Below are positions 19,489 through 29,800 of a stretch of DNA of 64,000 nucleotides, in pieces. Positions within the stretch are counted from its first letter, which is position 1. Each line of letters opens with the position of its first letter. Both the position numbers and the translations under genes were made by a program. This DNA comes from Candidatus Binataceae bacterium (lineage in GTDB: Bacteria; Desulfobacterota; Binatia; Binatales; Binataceae), in the NCBI GenBank assembly GCA_030041155.1, contig JASHOJ010000187.1, positions 1,446 to 65,445 on the forward strand, read 5' to 3'. Under the pieces are notes generated by a model. It worked only from the letters and a program-made list of their open reading frames with translations. It was not told the origin of the DNA and searched no databases.

Positions 19489-19823
19489 GATTTCTTCCCA
19501 CCTTTCCCCCCTCCTTTGCTCTTGAGCTCGCGCCGGAAAGCTCGATACGCGGCAGTAACCTGCTCTTCGTTTGCCTCCCCCGGGAGGATATCGGGTGGCA
19601 TTCGCTGCGCCCAGAAATAAAACACGTCGCGCTCCACCTTGAGCACATCGGCGAACTGGTCGAGCAGGTAGTCGGGCGGCTTGCCGCGATCGTGTTCGAG
19701 GTAGTTCAGGTAGGTGGCTGAAATCGGCTTACCGTCACGGTTCTTGATTAACGCCGCAAACTCCTTCTGGCTAAGCCCCTGCGCCTTGCGTCTCTCTATC
19801 AGGAATTGTCCCAGCGTCTTCAT
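19485..19823 (-). CDS. XRE-family HTH regulator (ImmR-like)
   Basis: MKTLGQFLIERRKAQGLSQKEFA...ISATYLNYLEHDRGKP; ATGA overlap with the peptidase; start refined to 19823. Confidence 0.88.
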   Translation of the reverse strand: MKTLGQFLIERRKAQGLSQKEFAALIKNRDGKPISATYLNYLEHDRGKPPDYLLDQFADVLKVERDVFYFWAQRMPPDILPGEANEEQVTAAYRAFRRELKSKGGGKGGKKS

Positions 19824-20140
19824 CGTGGCGCCAGACTTCCTCCAGCAGTTGCGTTCGCTCCGCCAGCGGCCTGCACCGCGGCTCCCGGCACCCGTTCGAC
19901 AATTTGCTTCGATGTGATCATACGTTTTGACGTCGGCATCCTGCCGCCTGGCTTGCCGAGACGGTCGTACCGATTCCTCGGTCCGTGCTCCTTTTTGCGC
20001 GCTCTCAACCGCGCCCTTTTCGTAAGACTTCCGCAATTGCAAAAGCGCTGCAAGTCCGTGGCATGCGGTTGTCCAGTGGACCTTCGGTGATCGGACAACT
20101 GGAGAAGGCGACCGAGCCATGGCTCGGTCGCCGCGCGCAT

Positions 20141-21022
20141 TTATTCGGTGGTGCAAGAACCGTCGAGGATGTAGTCAGCGGCCTTTTGCGCCTTGGCGGC
20201 GGCGATCACGATCAGGCGCTTGTCGCTGCGCACTCGCGCCAACCACCCTTGAAGGTAGGCCGCTTCGTTCTCGATCACCGCCGGCGAAATTCCTGCCTCC
20301 GCGCAGAGATAGGCGGCTGACATTTCCGCGATTAACTCTTCCGCGGCGTATGTCGGCGAACCGAAGGGTGCCGCCTCCGCGATCGATTCACGATTGAGTC
20401 GCTTCGGGTGTCCTGCCGCGTGGGATTCTTCGTGGTTCAGGGTCGCATAAAATTCGGCAGCGCTGCTGAAAAGCTCGCGCGGCGGCAGCGTGATGCGATC
20501 GGCCGTCGGGCTATAGAAAGCTTTCGATCCGCCGAATTCAATAGCCGGCGGGTTCGGCATATTGGCGATGATCCGCTCCGCTGCTTCGATGGGATCGCGC
20601 TGGTACGTCTGAATCTTCGGAAGCCTGTCCAGCACCGCTTGCGGCAGCTCGCACTGCTCTACGTTCCAGAGTCGGTAATAGCGCAGGACGAAGCGTCGGC
20701 GATTCCTCCGGTCCGCTTCCACCTTCTCCAGGTCCGGCTCCGCCTCGGACTGCGATGCGCCATCTACTCGCCAGAACACGACGATTTGGCTTTGCTCGCC
20801 TTTCGGCACCGATCCGCCAAGCTCGTTAGCCTGCCTGAGCGTGAGCCAGTATGGCGACACGTACTTGGTCGCCGACAAAAGAAAGAAGTTCACGCCGCGA
20901 TAGATCTTTTTCGAGACGATGTTGCGCGGTGCTCCAGCCGCGCTCCATGGCCGACGCCACGGAATCACGCCTTGCTCAAGCAGGTTGATGATCCTCTCAG
21001 TCACGATTGCGTAAGTGTTCAT
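20141..21022 (-). CDS. ardC: ArdC-family ssDNA-binding anti-restriction protein
   Basis: YAIVTERIINLLEQGVIPWRRPW, YRGVN, WLTLRQA, AFYSPTADRI, HEESHAAGH and YAAEELIAE. Confidence 0.92.
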   Translation of the reverse strand: MNTYAIVTERIINLLEQGVIPWRRPWSAAGAPRNIVSKKIYRGVNFFLLSATKYVSPYWLTLRQANELGGSVPKGEQSQIVVFWRVDGASQSEAEPDLEKVEADRRNRRRFVLRYYRLWNVEQCELPQAVLDRLPKIQTYQRDPIEAAERIIANMPNPPAIEFGGSKAFYSPTADRITLPPRELFSSAAEFYATLNHEESHAAGHPKRLNRESIAEAAPFGSPTYAAEELIAEMSAAYLCAEAGISPAVIENEAAYLQGWLARVRSDKRLIVIAAAKAQKAADYILDGSCTTE

Positions 21023-21042
21023 TGTCGCTCCGCTCCTCTTCT

Positions 21043-21275
21043 GGCGCCCGCTTCCGCGAAAGCGGCAGGGCGCGGCTTGGTTCGTAAACACCCGAACCGT
21101 TTTCCGCCCTCGCGCTCTTCACCCCTGACTGAGAGTGCGAGGGTGGAAAGACTCGCCGCGGAGCGAAGCGGAGCTACCAATGAGCGCGACGGAGCAATTC
21201 AAGGCCGCCGTGACAAGCGCGAGCGGTCTCGGTCAGGGATGGCGCGGCGGCCTTGAGCGCAGCCGCGCAAGGCGG
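21043..21275. repeat. Structured non-coding element, copy 2 (homologue of 1765-2003)
   Basis: Same order of hairpins and motifs; perfect 12-bp stem TCAAGGCCGCCG/CGGCGGCCTTGA. Confidence 0.7.
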
Positions 21276-21330
21276 AGTGGTGGGCATTGCGGTGTTGCTC
21301 ACGTATGTGACTGCGATATACATTGTCAGG

Positions 21331-21633
21331 GTGGATTGGGAGGAAAGGCTGGCGAGTTGCGAAGGGTTCCAATGGGATGCCGGCAACGCGGCAAAGATCT
21401 GGGACCGTCATCAGGTGACCCCGGCCGAATGCGAGGAGCTGTTCTTCAATCGGCCTCTAGTGGTGGCCACTGACGAAGAGCACTCCGCAGGCGAAGAACG
21501 GCTCTACGCACTCGGCCAGAGCGATAGTGCAAGGCTGATGTTCGTGGTGTTTACGATTCGTGGGCGGCTGATCCGCGTGATCTCGGCACGCGATATGAGT
21601 CGCAAGGAGCGAAGGATTTACCGATCATCATGA
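21331..21633 (+). CDS. brnT: BrnT-family toxin
   Basis: GFQWDAGNAAK..RHQV, EERLYALG and VVFTIRGRLIRVISAR; start probably GTG at 21331. Confidence 0.9.
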   Translation: MDWEERLASCEGFQWDAGNAAKIWDRHQVTPAECEELFFNRPLVVATDEEHSAGEERLYALGQSDSARLMFVVFTIRGRLIRVISARDMSRKERRIYRSS

Positions 21634-21902
21634 AAAAGGCACTACCCAAATTCAAAAGTGAAGACGCCGAGCGGGAGTTTTGGGCAACTCACGACTCGAC
21701 CGAATTCGTCAATTGGCGCAAAGCGAAGCGCATGATCCCGCCGAGCCTGAGGCCCTCCTCGCAGACCATCTCACTGCGTCTACCTAAGCCGATGCTCGAT
21801 CGCCTCAAGCTTCTCGCGAACAAACGGGACGTGCCGTATCAATCGCTGTTGAAAATGTTCGTTGCGGAGCGGCTTGAGGCTGAGCTGAAGGGACAGCGAT
21901 GA
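21630..21902 (+). CDS. brnA: BrnA/CopG-like antitoxin
   Basis: FKSEDAEREFWATHDS and TISLRLP..LKLLANKRDVPYQSLLK; ATGA overlap with the toxin. Confidence 0.85.
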   Translation: MKKALPKFKSEDAEREFWATHDSTEFVNWRKAKRMIPPSLRPSSQTISLRLPKPMLDRLKLLANKRDVPYQSLLKMFVAERLEAELKGQR

Positions 21903-22084
21903 AGTGCGAGATGAAGTGCGATCAGAATCCGTCGCTGAAGGGGGATAAAAACGCTGGGTGCAGACGCCAAATAGGTGAAAACCCGGCATAGAGTGCACCT
22001 AAGGGAGTGACTGGCAGTCTTACCCCTCGAAAGATCCGGAGTGCCGAGACCGTCCTGGGAGTGGTCCAGGCGTGAGCGCTGATG

Positions 22085-22155
22085 TGTTTTACCGGAAAAT
22101 CGGTAAGACAGCGCCATACTGTATGCTTGACAATCGCTGAAATACGACGTACAGT
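22085..22155 (+). promoter_or_regulatory. Sigma70-type promoter with upstream inverted repeats, ahead of dndB
   Basis: TTGACA (22127-22132), 17 bp spacer, TACAGT (22150-22155); IR TGTTTTACCG-N6-CGGTAAGACA and palindrome CATACTGTATG just upstream. Confidence 0.65.
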
Positions 22156-22186
22156 CTGTGGAGTTTTGACGCAAAGGAGCTATACA

Positions 22187-23308
22187 ATGATCCTTTCATT
22201 TCCGGCGATGCGAGGGCACATGGGCAGGCGGGATTACTTTGTCACGATGGTGAAGCTCAGCCTGGTCCCCAAGCTGTTCAAATTCCGCGACTGGGCAGAG
22301 TTGCCGCCCGAGCAGCGGGCGCAGCGCGTGATCCAGAAGAGCCGTATCCCGGAAATCACCCAGTACATTCTCGATAACGAGGACGGCTATCTGTTCTCCT
22401 CGCTGACAGCCTCCTTCGATTGCGAACCAACTTTCACGCCTGTGAAAGGTCGGGATGATCTAGGCACTCTCGAGGTGCCGTTCGACTCGGATCTCGTGAT
22501 CAACGACGGTCAGCATCGACGCGCGGCGATCGAAGAAGCTCTCACCCAAAATCCGAAACTTGGCGATGAAACAATCTCGGTCGTGCTCTTCCCGTTCGAG
22601 GATTTGGGGCGGATGCAGCAGATGTTTTCCGACCTGAATCGAACCGCGCGCACCACCTCTAAGTCGCTCAACATCCTGTACAACCAGCGCGATCTCATGA
22701 GCCAGATCACGCTGACCGCAACCGAGCGCATCGACGTTTTCAAGGGTCTCGTCGACAAGGACCGCGTATCGCTCGCACTGCGGTCGCCCAAGTTGTTCAC
22801 GCTTGCTGCGATATATGACGCCACCAACGCGCTGCTCGGGTCAGTAGTCGACGCCGACTACGACAATAAGTTAGCGCTGGCGCTTGAGTTCTGGGAGGTC
22901 GTGGCGGAAAACATGCCCGAGTGGGAAAAGGTGAAAAGCGGCGATCTGAGACCGATGGAGCTTCGACAGGAATTCATCCATTCGCATGCCGTCGTGCTAT
23001 GCGCACTCGGTTCGATGGGCCAGACGCTGATTTCCACCTATCCGGATGAATGGAAAGCGCAGCTTCGGGGTCTTCGCAAGATCGATTGGCGCCGAACGAA
23101 CAAGGAATGGCAGGGAATCGCGATGTCCGGAGCGGACGTAGTCAATCGGCGGCAGAACCGGATGGACACTGCGTCCTTTCTTAAGCTCAAGATGGGGTTG
23201 AAGCTGACGCCGGCTGAAGAGCGCTCCATCAAGGGCGCCACCGATATCTCGTTGATCATGAACGACCTGCGCAAGTTTGCGGGCGAGCCTGCGGCAGCGG
23301 AAAACTAA
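22187..23308 (+). CDS. dndB: DndB-family (DGQHR) protein
   Basis: FPAMRGHMGRRDYF, RAQRVIQKSRIPEITQYI, YLFSSLTAS, INDGQHRRAAI and QQMFSDLN; RBS AAGGAG before ATG at 22187. Confidence 0.9.
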   Translation: MILSFPAMRGHMGRRDYFVTMVKLSLVPKLFKFRDWAELPPEQRAQRVIQKSRIPEITQYILDNEDGYLFSSLTASFDCEPTFTPVKGRDDLGTLEVPFDSDLVINDGQHRRAAIEEALTQNPKLGDETISVVLFPFEDLGRMQQMFSDLNRTARTTSKSLNILYNQRDLMSQITLTATERIDVFKGLVDKDRVSLALRSPKLFTLAAIYDATNALLGSVVDADYDNKLALALEFWEVVAENMPEWEKVKSGDLRPMELRQEFIHSHAVVLCALGSMGQTLISTYPDEWKAQLRGLRKIDWRRTNKEWQGIAMSGADVVNRRQNRMDTASFLKLKMGLKLTPAEERSIKGATDISLIMNDLRKFAGEPAAAEN

Positions 23309-23323
23309 CTCGGGGGAACTTCG

Positions 23324-23605
23324 GTGGACGACTCAAGCCAGCTTGTCGCACAGTTTGAGAAAAACGCCAAAGAGGAAGTTCGAGTCAGCATCGACGAATT
23401 TCGCGGGCGAAAGATCATCAATATGCGAGTGTATTACCGGTCCGATAGCGGCAAGTGGCTGCCTGGCAAACAGGGGCTTGCGTTGGCTGTTGATCGCTAC
23501 CGTGATCTCGCCGATGCCGTTCTAAGGCTTGGCGAACGGCTGCAGTCGCAAGGCCTGTTGCCAAACGCCTCGATCTCGACCGGCTCACGGACAGAGGGCA
23601 AATAG
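23324..23605 (+). CDS. PC4/p15 (YdbC-like) ssDNA-binding protein
   Basis: KNAKEEVRVSIDEFRGRKIINMRVYY...WLPGKQGLAL. Confidence 0.85.
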   Translation: MDDSSQLVAQFEKNAKEEVRVSIDEFRGRKIINMRVYYRSDSGKWLPGKQGLALAVDRYRDLADAVLRLGERLQSQGLLPNASISTGSRTEGK

Positions 23606-23615
23606 GGGACGGCCT

Positions 23616-26600
23616 GTGCCCAGCAAGCGATCAACAAGCCGCGAAGTCCGTGAGAATCCAACATCTGCGCAACCGGACCGAAAATCGGGCGGCGATGTTC
23701 TCGTCGTCGACAACAGCGACACCGATTGGAAGGTTCGTGACTACCTCCGAGAGTGGACGGAAATTGCTCATACCTTCGACATAGCTACGGGTTTCTTCGA
23801 GATCGGATCATTGCTGATGCTCGACGGCCAATGGCAGAAGCTCGACAAGATTCGCATCCTGATGGGAGACGAGGTATCGAAGCGCACGAAGAAGGCACTC
23901 GTCGATGGACTGATCGCCAAGGTAAAGTCCAAGCTCGACGACAGCATCGAACGTGAGAAGGAGTCTAACGATTTTCTAAGCGGAGTTCCCGCCATTGTTG
24001 ACGCCATCCGAAACCGTAAAATCGAGTGTCGCGCGTACACGAAAGACCGCTTTCACGCCAAGGCCTATATAACCCACGCGAAACTCGCGGTCGTTGGTTC
24101 AGCGGCGCTCGTGGGCTCAAGCAATTTCTCGGCGCCGGGCATCAGCCAGAACGTTGAGCTGAACATTCAACTCCGGCGCGAGGTTGAGCTGCTTCAGGAA
24201 TGGTTCGAGCGTCACTGGAAGGAAGCTGGAGACATTTCTGACGAGATCCTCAAGGTCGTCGAGCGGCAGGTCCGCGAGTACTTGCCGTTCGAGGTCTATG
24301 CGAAAGCCCTACTGGAGTACTTTCGCAACCACGAAATCTCAGCCGGCGAATGGGAACAGCTCCAGTCACGGATGTTCAAAGTCTTGGACCAGTATCAAAA
24401 GGAAGGATACCAAGCGCTCGTCAAGATCGCTCGTCAATACGGCGGAGCGTTTCTCTGCGACGGCGTCGGCCTTGGCAAGACGTTTGTTGGCCTGATGCTG
24501 ATCGAGCGTCTCGTGATGTACGAACGCAAGCGCGTGATGTTGCTCGTGCCCAAGGCCGCCCGCGAGTCTGTCTGGGAAGCCTCACTCAAGCGATACCTGC
24601 CGCATCTTCTTGGTGACTTCAGTAATCTCGTTGTCTTCAATCACACCGACCTTGGCCGAGGCAACGAATTCCCGGAGCGCTTTCAGCGGATGAAGGAACT
24701 CGCCGACGTGATCATCGTCGACGAGGCCCATCATTTCCGAAATCCAGGTGTTCGAGGCGGCGAGGACGCCCGTCCAGGAATTCGCAGGAAGGCAGAGGTC
24801 GCGCCCTCCCGCTACTGGCGCCTTTTCGAGATCGCCGAGGGCAAGACGCTTTTCATGTTGACGGCGACGCCCGTCAATAACAGCTTGCTCGACCTACAGC
24901 ACATGATTGAACTCTTCTCTCGTAGGCAGCCTGATTATTTCAAGGCAGCGCCGCTGGGAATCCATTCGCTTCCGGGGCATTTCAGGAAGATAGAAAACGA
25001 CCTTCTAAAGGCGCTTGGCGCTTCGAAGCCGAAGGACGACGGAGCGACGGAAACTAACGAAGTCGAAGCTGAGCAGGTTCTGTTTAGCGATGAACTGTTC
25101 CGGGCTCTCGTCGTACAACGCAGCCGTGCTTACGTACGCGAGAGTCAGAAGCAAGCCGGCGCCACCGAAGCTATCTTCCCGACGCGTGAAGACCCCAAGG
25201 TGGTGGAGTATTCGGTCAAGAAGACGTACGGGCGGGTCCTTGAAATGGTCGAAGCAGCCTTTTCGAAGAGCAAGCCCCTGTTCTCCTTGGCGATGTACTA
25301 CCCTTTGGCCTACTACAAGGGCGACGATACCACCATCAATCCTTTCGAGGAAAACCGTCAGAAACAGCTGGTGGTATTGATCCGGACCCAGTTCCTGAAG
25401 CGCTTTGAGAGCTCAGCGAAGGCGTTCGAGCTCTCTTGCGAAGCTCTGCTCCTCAAGCTCCTCGCTTTCATGACCAAGAACTCTGTGACCGATTCCGAAA
25501 AGCGTCGGCTTGAGCGATGGCGAGGACAGAACGCGGAGCTTCTCGGCTCGGTCAGACAGCACCAGTTGGAGCTGTTCGAGGAGGAACCGGAGCCCGATGA
25601 GGACGTTATCACCGAAGAAATGCTTGACGATGTCGAGGAGCTGTCTCGCGACGAATATAAGGTCGAAGAGATACTCGACGAGTCCCTCCTCGACATGGAC
25701 CAGATCGCGAAATTCCTTCAGGAACTTCAAAAGCTCAAGCCCGCGCAGGACGATAAGCTGCGAGCGCTGGCGCGTCTCCTCAAGACCGACAAGATTCTCA
25801 AATCCCACAAGGTCTTGATCTTCACCGAATTCATGGCGACTGCGCGATATCTGGCACGCGAGTTGGACAAGGCCGGCTTCGAAGGAGTCGATGAGATTGA
25901 CAGTGCCCGCAAGCGAAACCGTTCCGATGTGATTCGGCAGTTCGCCCCGTACTACAACGGTTCGTCCAGCGCCGAACTCGCGCAAGTCGGTCTTTCCGAG
26001 ACGCGCATCCTAATTTCGACTGACGTACTATCCGAAGGCTTGAACCTGCAGGACGCCGCTCGCCTGATAAATTACGACATCCATTGGAACCCCGTCCGAC
26101 TCATGCAGCGTATCGGTCGCGTCGACCGACGTATGAGCCCAGAAATAGAAGCACAACTCGTCGCCGATCATCCGGAACAAAAGCCGTTAAGAGGACAGGT
26201 CACGTATTGGAATTTTTTGCCGCCGGATGAACTAAATCTTCTGCTCAGCCTGTACAGCACGGTTTCCCACAAGACGCTGCGTATTTCGAAGACCTTTGGA
26301 ATTGAAGGGAAGAAGCTCCTCAAACCCGACGATGATTATGATGCGCTGCGAGACTTTATTCACTCCTACGAAGGTTCGACGACTCCCATCGAGAAGATGC
26401 ACCTTGAATATCAGCGGCTTCTCTCTGACTTTCCCGATTTGAAGGCGCGCCTCGACGTGCTTCCTGGGCGTGTATTCAGTGGAAAGCAGAACCTTAAGCC
26501 CGGAGCGCGAGGGGTGTTTTTCTGCTACGCACTCCCAACGCCGGCCGGTCCAGCCGAGCAGCGCGCAGAGGGCGAAGAGAACGGTTGGTCGGTGGAAAGG

Positions 26601-26840
26601 GGATACACCCGCTGGTTTCTCGCTGATCTCGACAGCGAGAAAATACTGGACGAGCCGTCTGAAATTATCGACTCCATCCGTAGCGATCCCGACACCCCGC
26701 GACGGGCGGTGTTGGACAAGGCTTTGCTTACCGAGACTCGTGTTCGGGTCGAAAAACACATCAAGAACACTTACCTCAAACAGGTACAAGCGCCGGTCGG
26801 AGTTAAGCCGTTGCTGAAAGCATGGATGGAGCTCAACTGA
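23616..26840 (+). CDS. PLD-nuclease-SNF2-like helicase fusion
   Basis: DIATGFF and FHAKAYI..GSSNFS (PLD-like), CDGVGLGKT, DEAHHFRN, LTATP, TDVLSEGLNLQ and QRIGRVDR; start probably GTG at 23616. Confidence 0.9.
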   Translation: MPSKRSTSREVRENPTSAQPDRKSGGDVLVVDNSDTDWKVRDYLREWTEIAHTFDIATGFFEIGSLLMLDGQWQKLDKIRILMGDEVSKRTKKALVDGLIAKVKSKLDDSIEREKESNDFLSGVPAIVDAIRNRKIECRAYTKDRFHAKAYITHAKLAVVGSAALVGSSNFSAPGISQNVELNIQLRREVELLQEWFERHWKEAGDISDEILKVVERQVREYLPFEVYAKALLEYFRNHEISAGEWEQLQSRMFKVLDQYQKEGYQALVKIARQYGGAFLCDGVGLGKTFVGLMLIERLVMYERKRVMLLVPKAARESVWEASLKRYLPHLLGDFSNLVVFNHTDLGRGNEFPERFQRMKELADVIIVDEAHHFRNPGVRGGEDARPGIRRKAEVAPSRYWRLFEIAEGKTLFMLTATPVNNSLLDLQHMIELFSRRQPDYFKAAPLGIHSLPGHFRKIENDLLKALGASKPKDDGATETNEVEAEQVLFSDELFRALVVQRSRAYVRESQKQAGATEAIFPTREDPKVVEYSVKKTYGRVLEMVEAAFSKSKPLFSLAMYYPLAYYKGDDTTINPFEENRQKQLVVLIRTQFLKRFESSAKAFELSCEALLLKLLAFMTKNSVTDSEKRRLERWRGQNAELLGSVRQHQLELFEEEPEPDEDVITEEMLDDVEELSRDEYKVEEILDESLLDMDQIAKFLQELQKLKPAQDDKLRALARLLKTDKILKSHKVLIFTEFMATARYLARELDKAGFEGVDEIDSARKRNRSDVIRQFAPYYNGSSSAELAQVGLSETRILISTDVLSEGLNLQDAARLINYDIHWNPVRLMQRIGRVDRRMSPEIEAQLVADHPEQKPLRGQVTYWNFLPPDELNLLLSLYSTVSHKTLRISKTFGIEGKKLLKPDDDYDALRDFIHSYEGSTTPIEKMHLEYQRLLSDFPDLKARLDVLPGRVFSGKQNLKPGARGVFFCYALPTPAGPAEQRAEGEENGWSVERGYTRWFLADLDSEKILDEPSEIIDSIRSDPDTPRRAVLDKALLTETRVRVEKHIKNTYLKQVQAPVGVKPLLKAWMELN

Positions 26841-29800
26841 TGGCCTCTGCCCTGAGTGGTAACGCTAATCGCCTTCGCGACATCAAGACGTTCCCTTCAC
26901 TCGTCAAATACCTGCGCGATGACCTTGACTGGCCGATCGACAGCGATGACTTCGAGGATCTGACGTTCGAATGGGAGCCTGAGGAACTCGGGATCGACCC
27001 AGCAAGCGCGGCGAAGATTCAGGAGATCAAACAGCTTCGTCCTCTCAGCAGCGATCAACCTTGGGGCATCTTCTTCGTGAAGTTCGAGCCCCGGAGACTC
27101 CCAGTTGTCGCGCTGCGGCGGATCTTACGCGCCTTGGTCGTTCGCAAACGCGTTGCCACCGCTAAAGCTCAGCAGAAAACCTGGTCGCTCCACGACTTGC
27201 TGTTCATCTCAAGTTATGGCGAATCCGATCAACGGGAAATCGCTTTTGCTCACTTCGCCGAGGAACCGGAACTTGGAGATCTGGCGACGCTGCGGGTTCT
27301 CGGCTGGGATGAGGACAATGCCGAGGAACGCCTGCAATACACGGACGCAGTGCTGAGAGAGAAGCTTCGATGGCCGGATGACGACCGCGACTTGGATTCG
27401 TGGCGATCGCGATGGTCGGAAGCTTTTACCCTGCGTCCGGGAGAGGTAATTCGAACCGCCAAGGCGATGGCCGAACGTTTGGCGGAACTAGCCGTGAGAA
27501 TCCGTAAGCGGGTCATCGAGGTACTGAACTACGAGCGTGAGCGCGGACAGATGCGAAACCTATATGTCGCGTTCAAGGAGGCGTTGATCCACGACCTGAC
27601 CGAGGACGATTTCGCAGATACATACGCGCAGACCATCTGCTACGGTCTCCTGACCGCCCGCTTCTCCCGTCCGGCAGGCTTGATCGCGGAGAACCTGAAA
27701 GACATGGTGCCACCGAGTACCAATCCCTTCCTCCGGGAATTACTGGGTACCTTTCTCAAGATCGGCGGTCGCAAAGACAAGCTGGATTTCGACGAGCTTG
27801 GCATCACCGAAGTCCTTCAAACTTTGCACGCCGCCAAGATGGAAGAAGTAAGGCGCGACTTCCTCGAGCGGAATCCAGACGAAGACCCGACGATTCGCTT
27901 TTACGAAGATTTTCTCAAACAGTACGACCCCAAGAGGCGCACACAACGCGGGGTCTTTTATACACCACGCCCTGTCGTTTCTTACATCGTCCGCAGCGTC
28001 CACGAACTTCTCCAAAGTGAATTTGGACTTCCTGAAGGTCTAGCTTCGACCACTACCTGGGGCGAGATGGTGAAACGCCATCCCAGCCTGAAAATTCCCG
28101 AAGGAACAGCTCCCAGTTCGCCGTTCGTTCAGATCCTCGACCCGGCAGTTGGTACAGGGACCTTTCTCGTTGAAGTGATCGACATCGTCCACAAAACCAT
28201 GCTGGCCAAATGGGAAAGGGACGGTCGCAAGGCCCTCGAGATTCCGAAACTGTGGAACGAATACGTCTCGAGACATCTTCTTCCACGGCTTCACGGCTAT
28301 GAACTTATGATGGCTCCGTACGCCATTGCCCACATGAAGATTGGCCTGAAACTTCACGAGACCGGCTACCGCTTTGGCAGCGACGAGCGCGCCCGGATTT
28401 ACTTGACAAACTCACTGGAGCCGCCCCACGACTTTTCTGATCGGCTCGCGTTCGACGCTCCCGCACTTGCTCATGAGGCCAAAGCAGTCAACGCGATAAA
28501 GCGCGAACAACGGTTTACGGTAGTTATTGGTAATCCGCCTTATTCGGCTTCAATTTCGGAGCCCGACTGGCTCATGAAGGCACTGGAACAATGGAAGCAA
28601 GGTCTAAACGAAACGAAAATCGATCTTAATCGTGAAGAATGGAAGTTCCTTCGTCTGGGTCAGATCCTGTGTGGTAAAGCATCGCTCGGACTCCTGGGCT
28701 TCGTGATAAATCGTGATTACCTGGACGGCGTCGCGAAGCGAAAGATGCGAGAGAGCCTCCAAGAAAGCTTCCCCTACCGTCTGATTGTGGATCTAAACGG
28801 CGACGTAAAGGGCAACATCGCCGACCAGAACGTATTCGAGATTACGCAGGGTGTTTGCATAACGATCCTTTGCCGCGGCGATGGCGATCAGCATCGATTC
28901 TTTTCCGTTATCGGCAATCGGGACGAGAAATATTCCATTTTGTCGGATAAGGTGGCACTCGATCGGCATCTCATCAGTTTTACGCCAACGCCTCCATATT
29001 TTCGCTGGATTCCTCCCGCCGGACAGCGCTCGGCTGATGCTGAAAACGAGTATTTGCAATGGTATCCGGTCAACGAGCTATTTCAGGTCTACTCTTCCGG
29101 AATCCAAACCAAGCGCGACGGATTGTGTATTCACTTCAGCGAGAAAGATCTCTGGTCAACCGTAACCCGGCTGAATGAGCTCACTGTCGCCGCTGCTCGG
29201 AAAGAGTTTGACCTACCCCCGGACGGCCGAGATTGGACGGTCGCAGCGGCGAAAGCAGACATATCTGCATCCGGGCCGAACAAGCGATATATCACTCGTC
29301 TTCTGTATCGCCCATTTGATATCCGCTTTACCTACTGGACGGGACGCACGAAGGGTTTTGCCGCCTATCCGAGGCGTGAGGTTATGCAGCATGTTGTCGG
29401 CCGACACAATATAGGAATGATTTTCAATCGTCAGGTGGTCGGCGACGGCGTTTCTCACTTCGGGGTATCCCGTTTGCCCATTTGCCATGGCACGTTTTAT
29501 CTGGGGAACAAAGGGCAGGACTATTTCGCTCCTTTATTCATCGTAAGGGACGACCTTATCTCACGGTCAAACCCTCTCCTTGAGCCAAACTTTAGTACGC
29601 AGTTTGCGTCTGCCTTAGCGGACGTATGGAGGCGGACGGCTGATAAGCCAGCTCCTTCTGATGTCTTTAACTATGCCTATGCGGTCTTCCACAGTCCTAT
29701 CTATCGTAGGCGGTATGAAGAATTTCTGAAACGTGATTTTCCACGACTTCCGTTAACGGGGGACGCCAAATTGTTCCAAATTCTCGCGCGGCTCGGAGGC

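Noticed and set aside
19824..20156. N-terminal extension of the XRE regulator in the ORF track
   Set aside because: The HTH domain starts at ATG 19823; the extension has no protein-like features and overlaps ardC
22187..23308. DNA phosphorothioation system
   Set aside because: Only dndB is present; no dndA/C/D/E or sspBCD in the window
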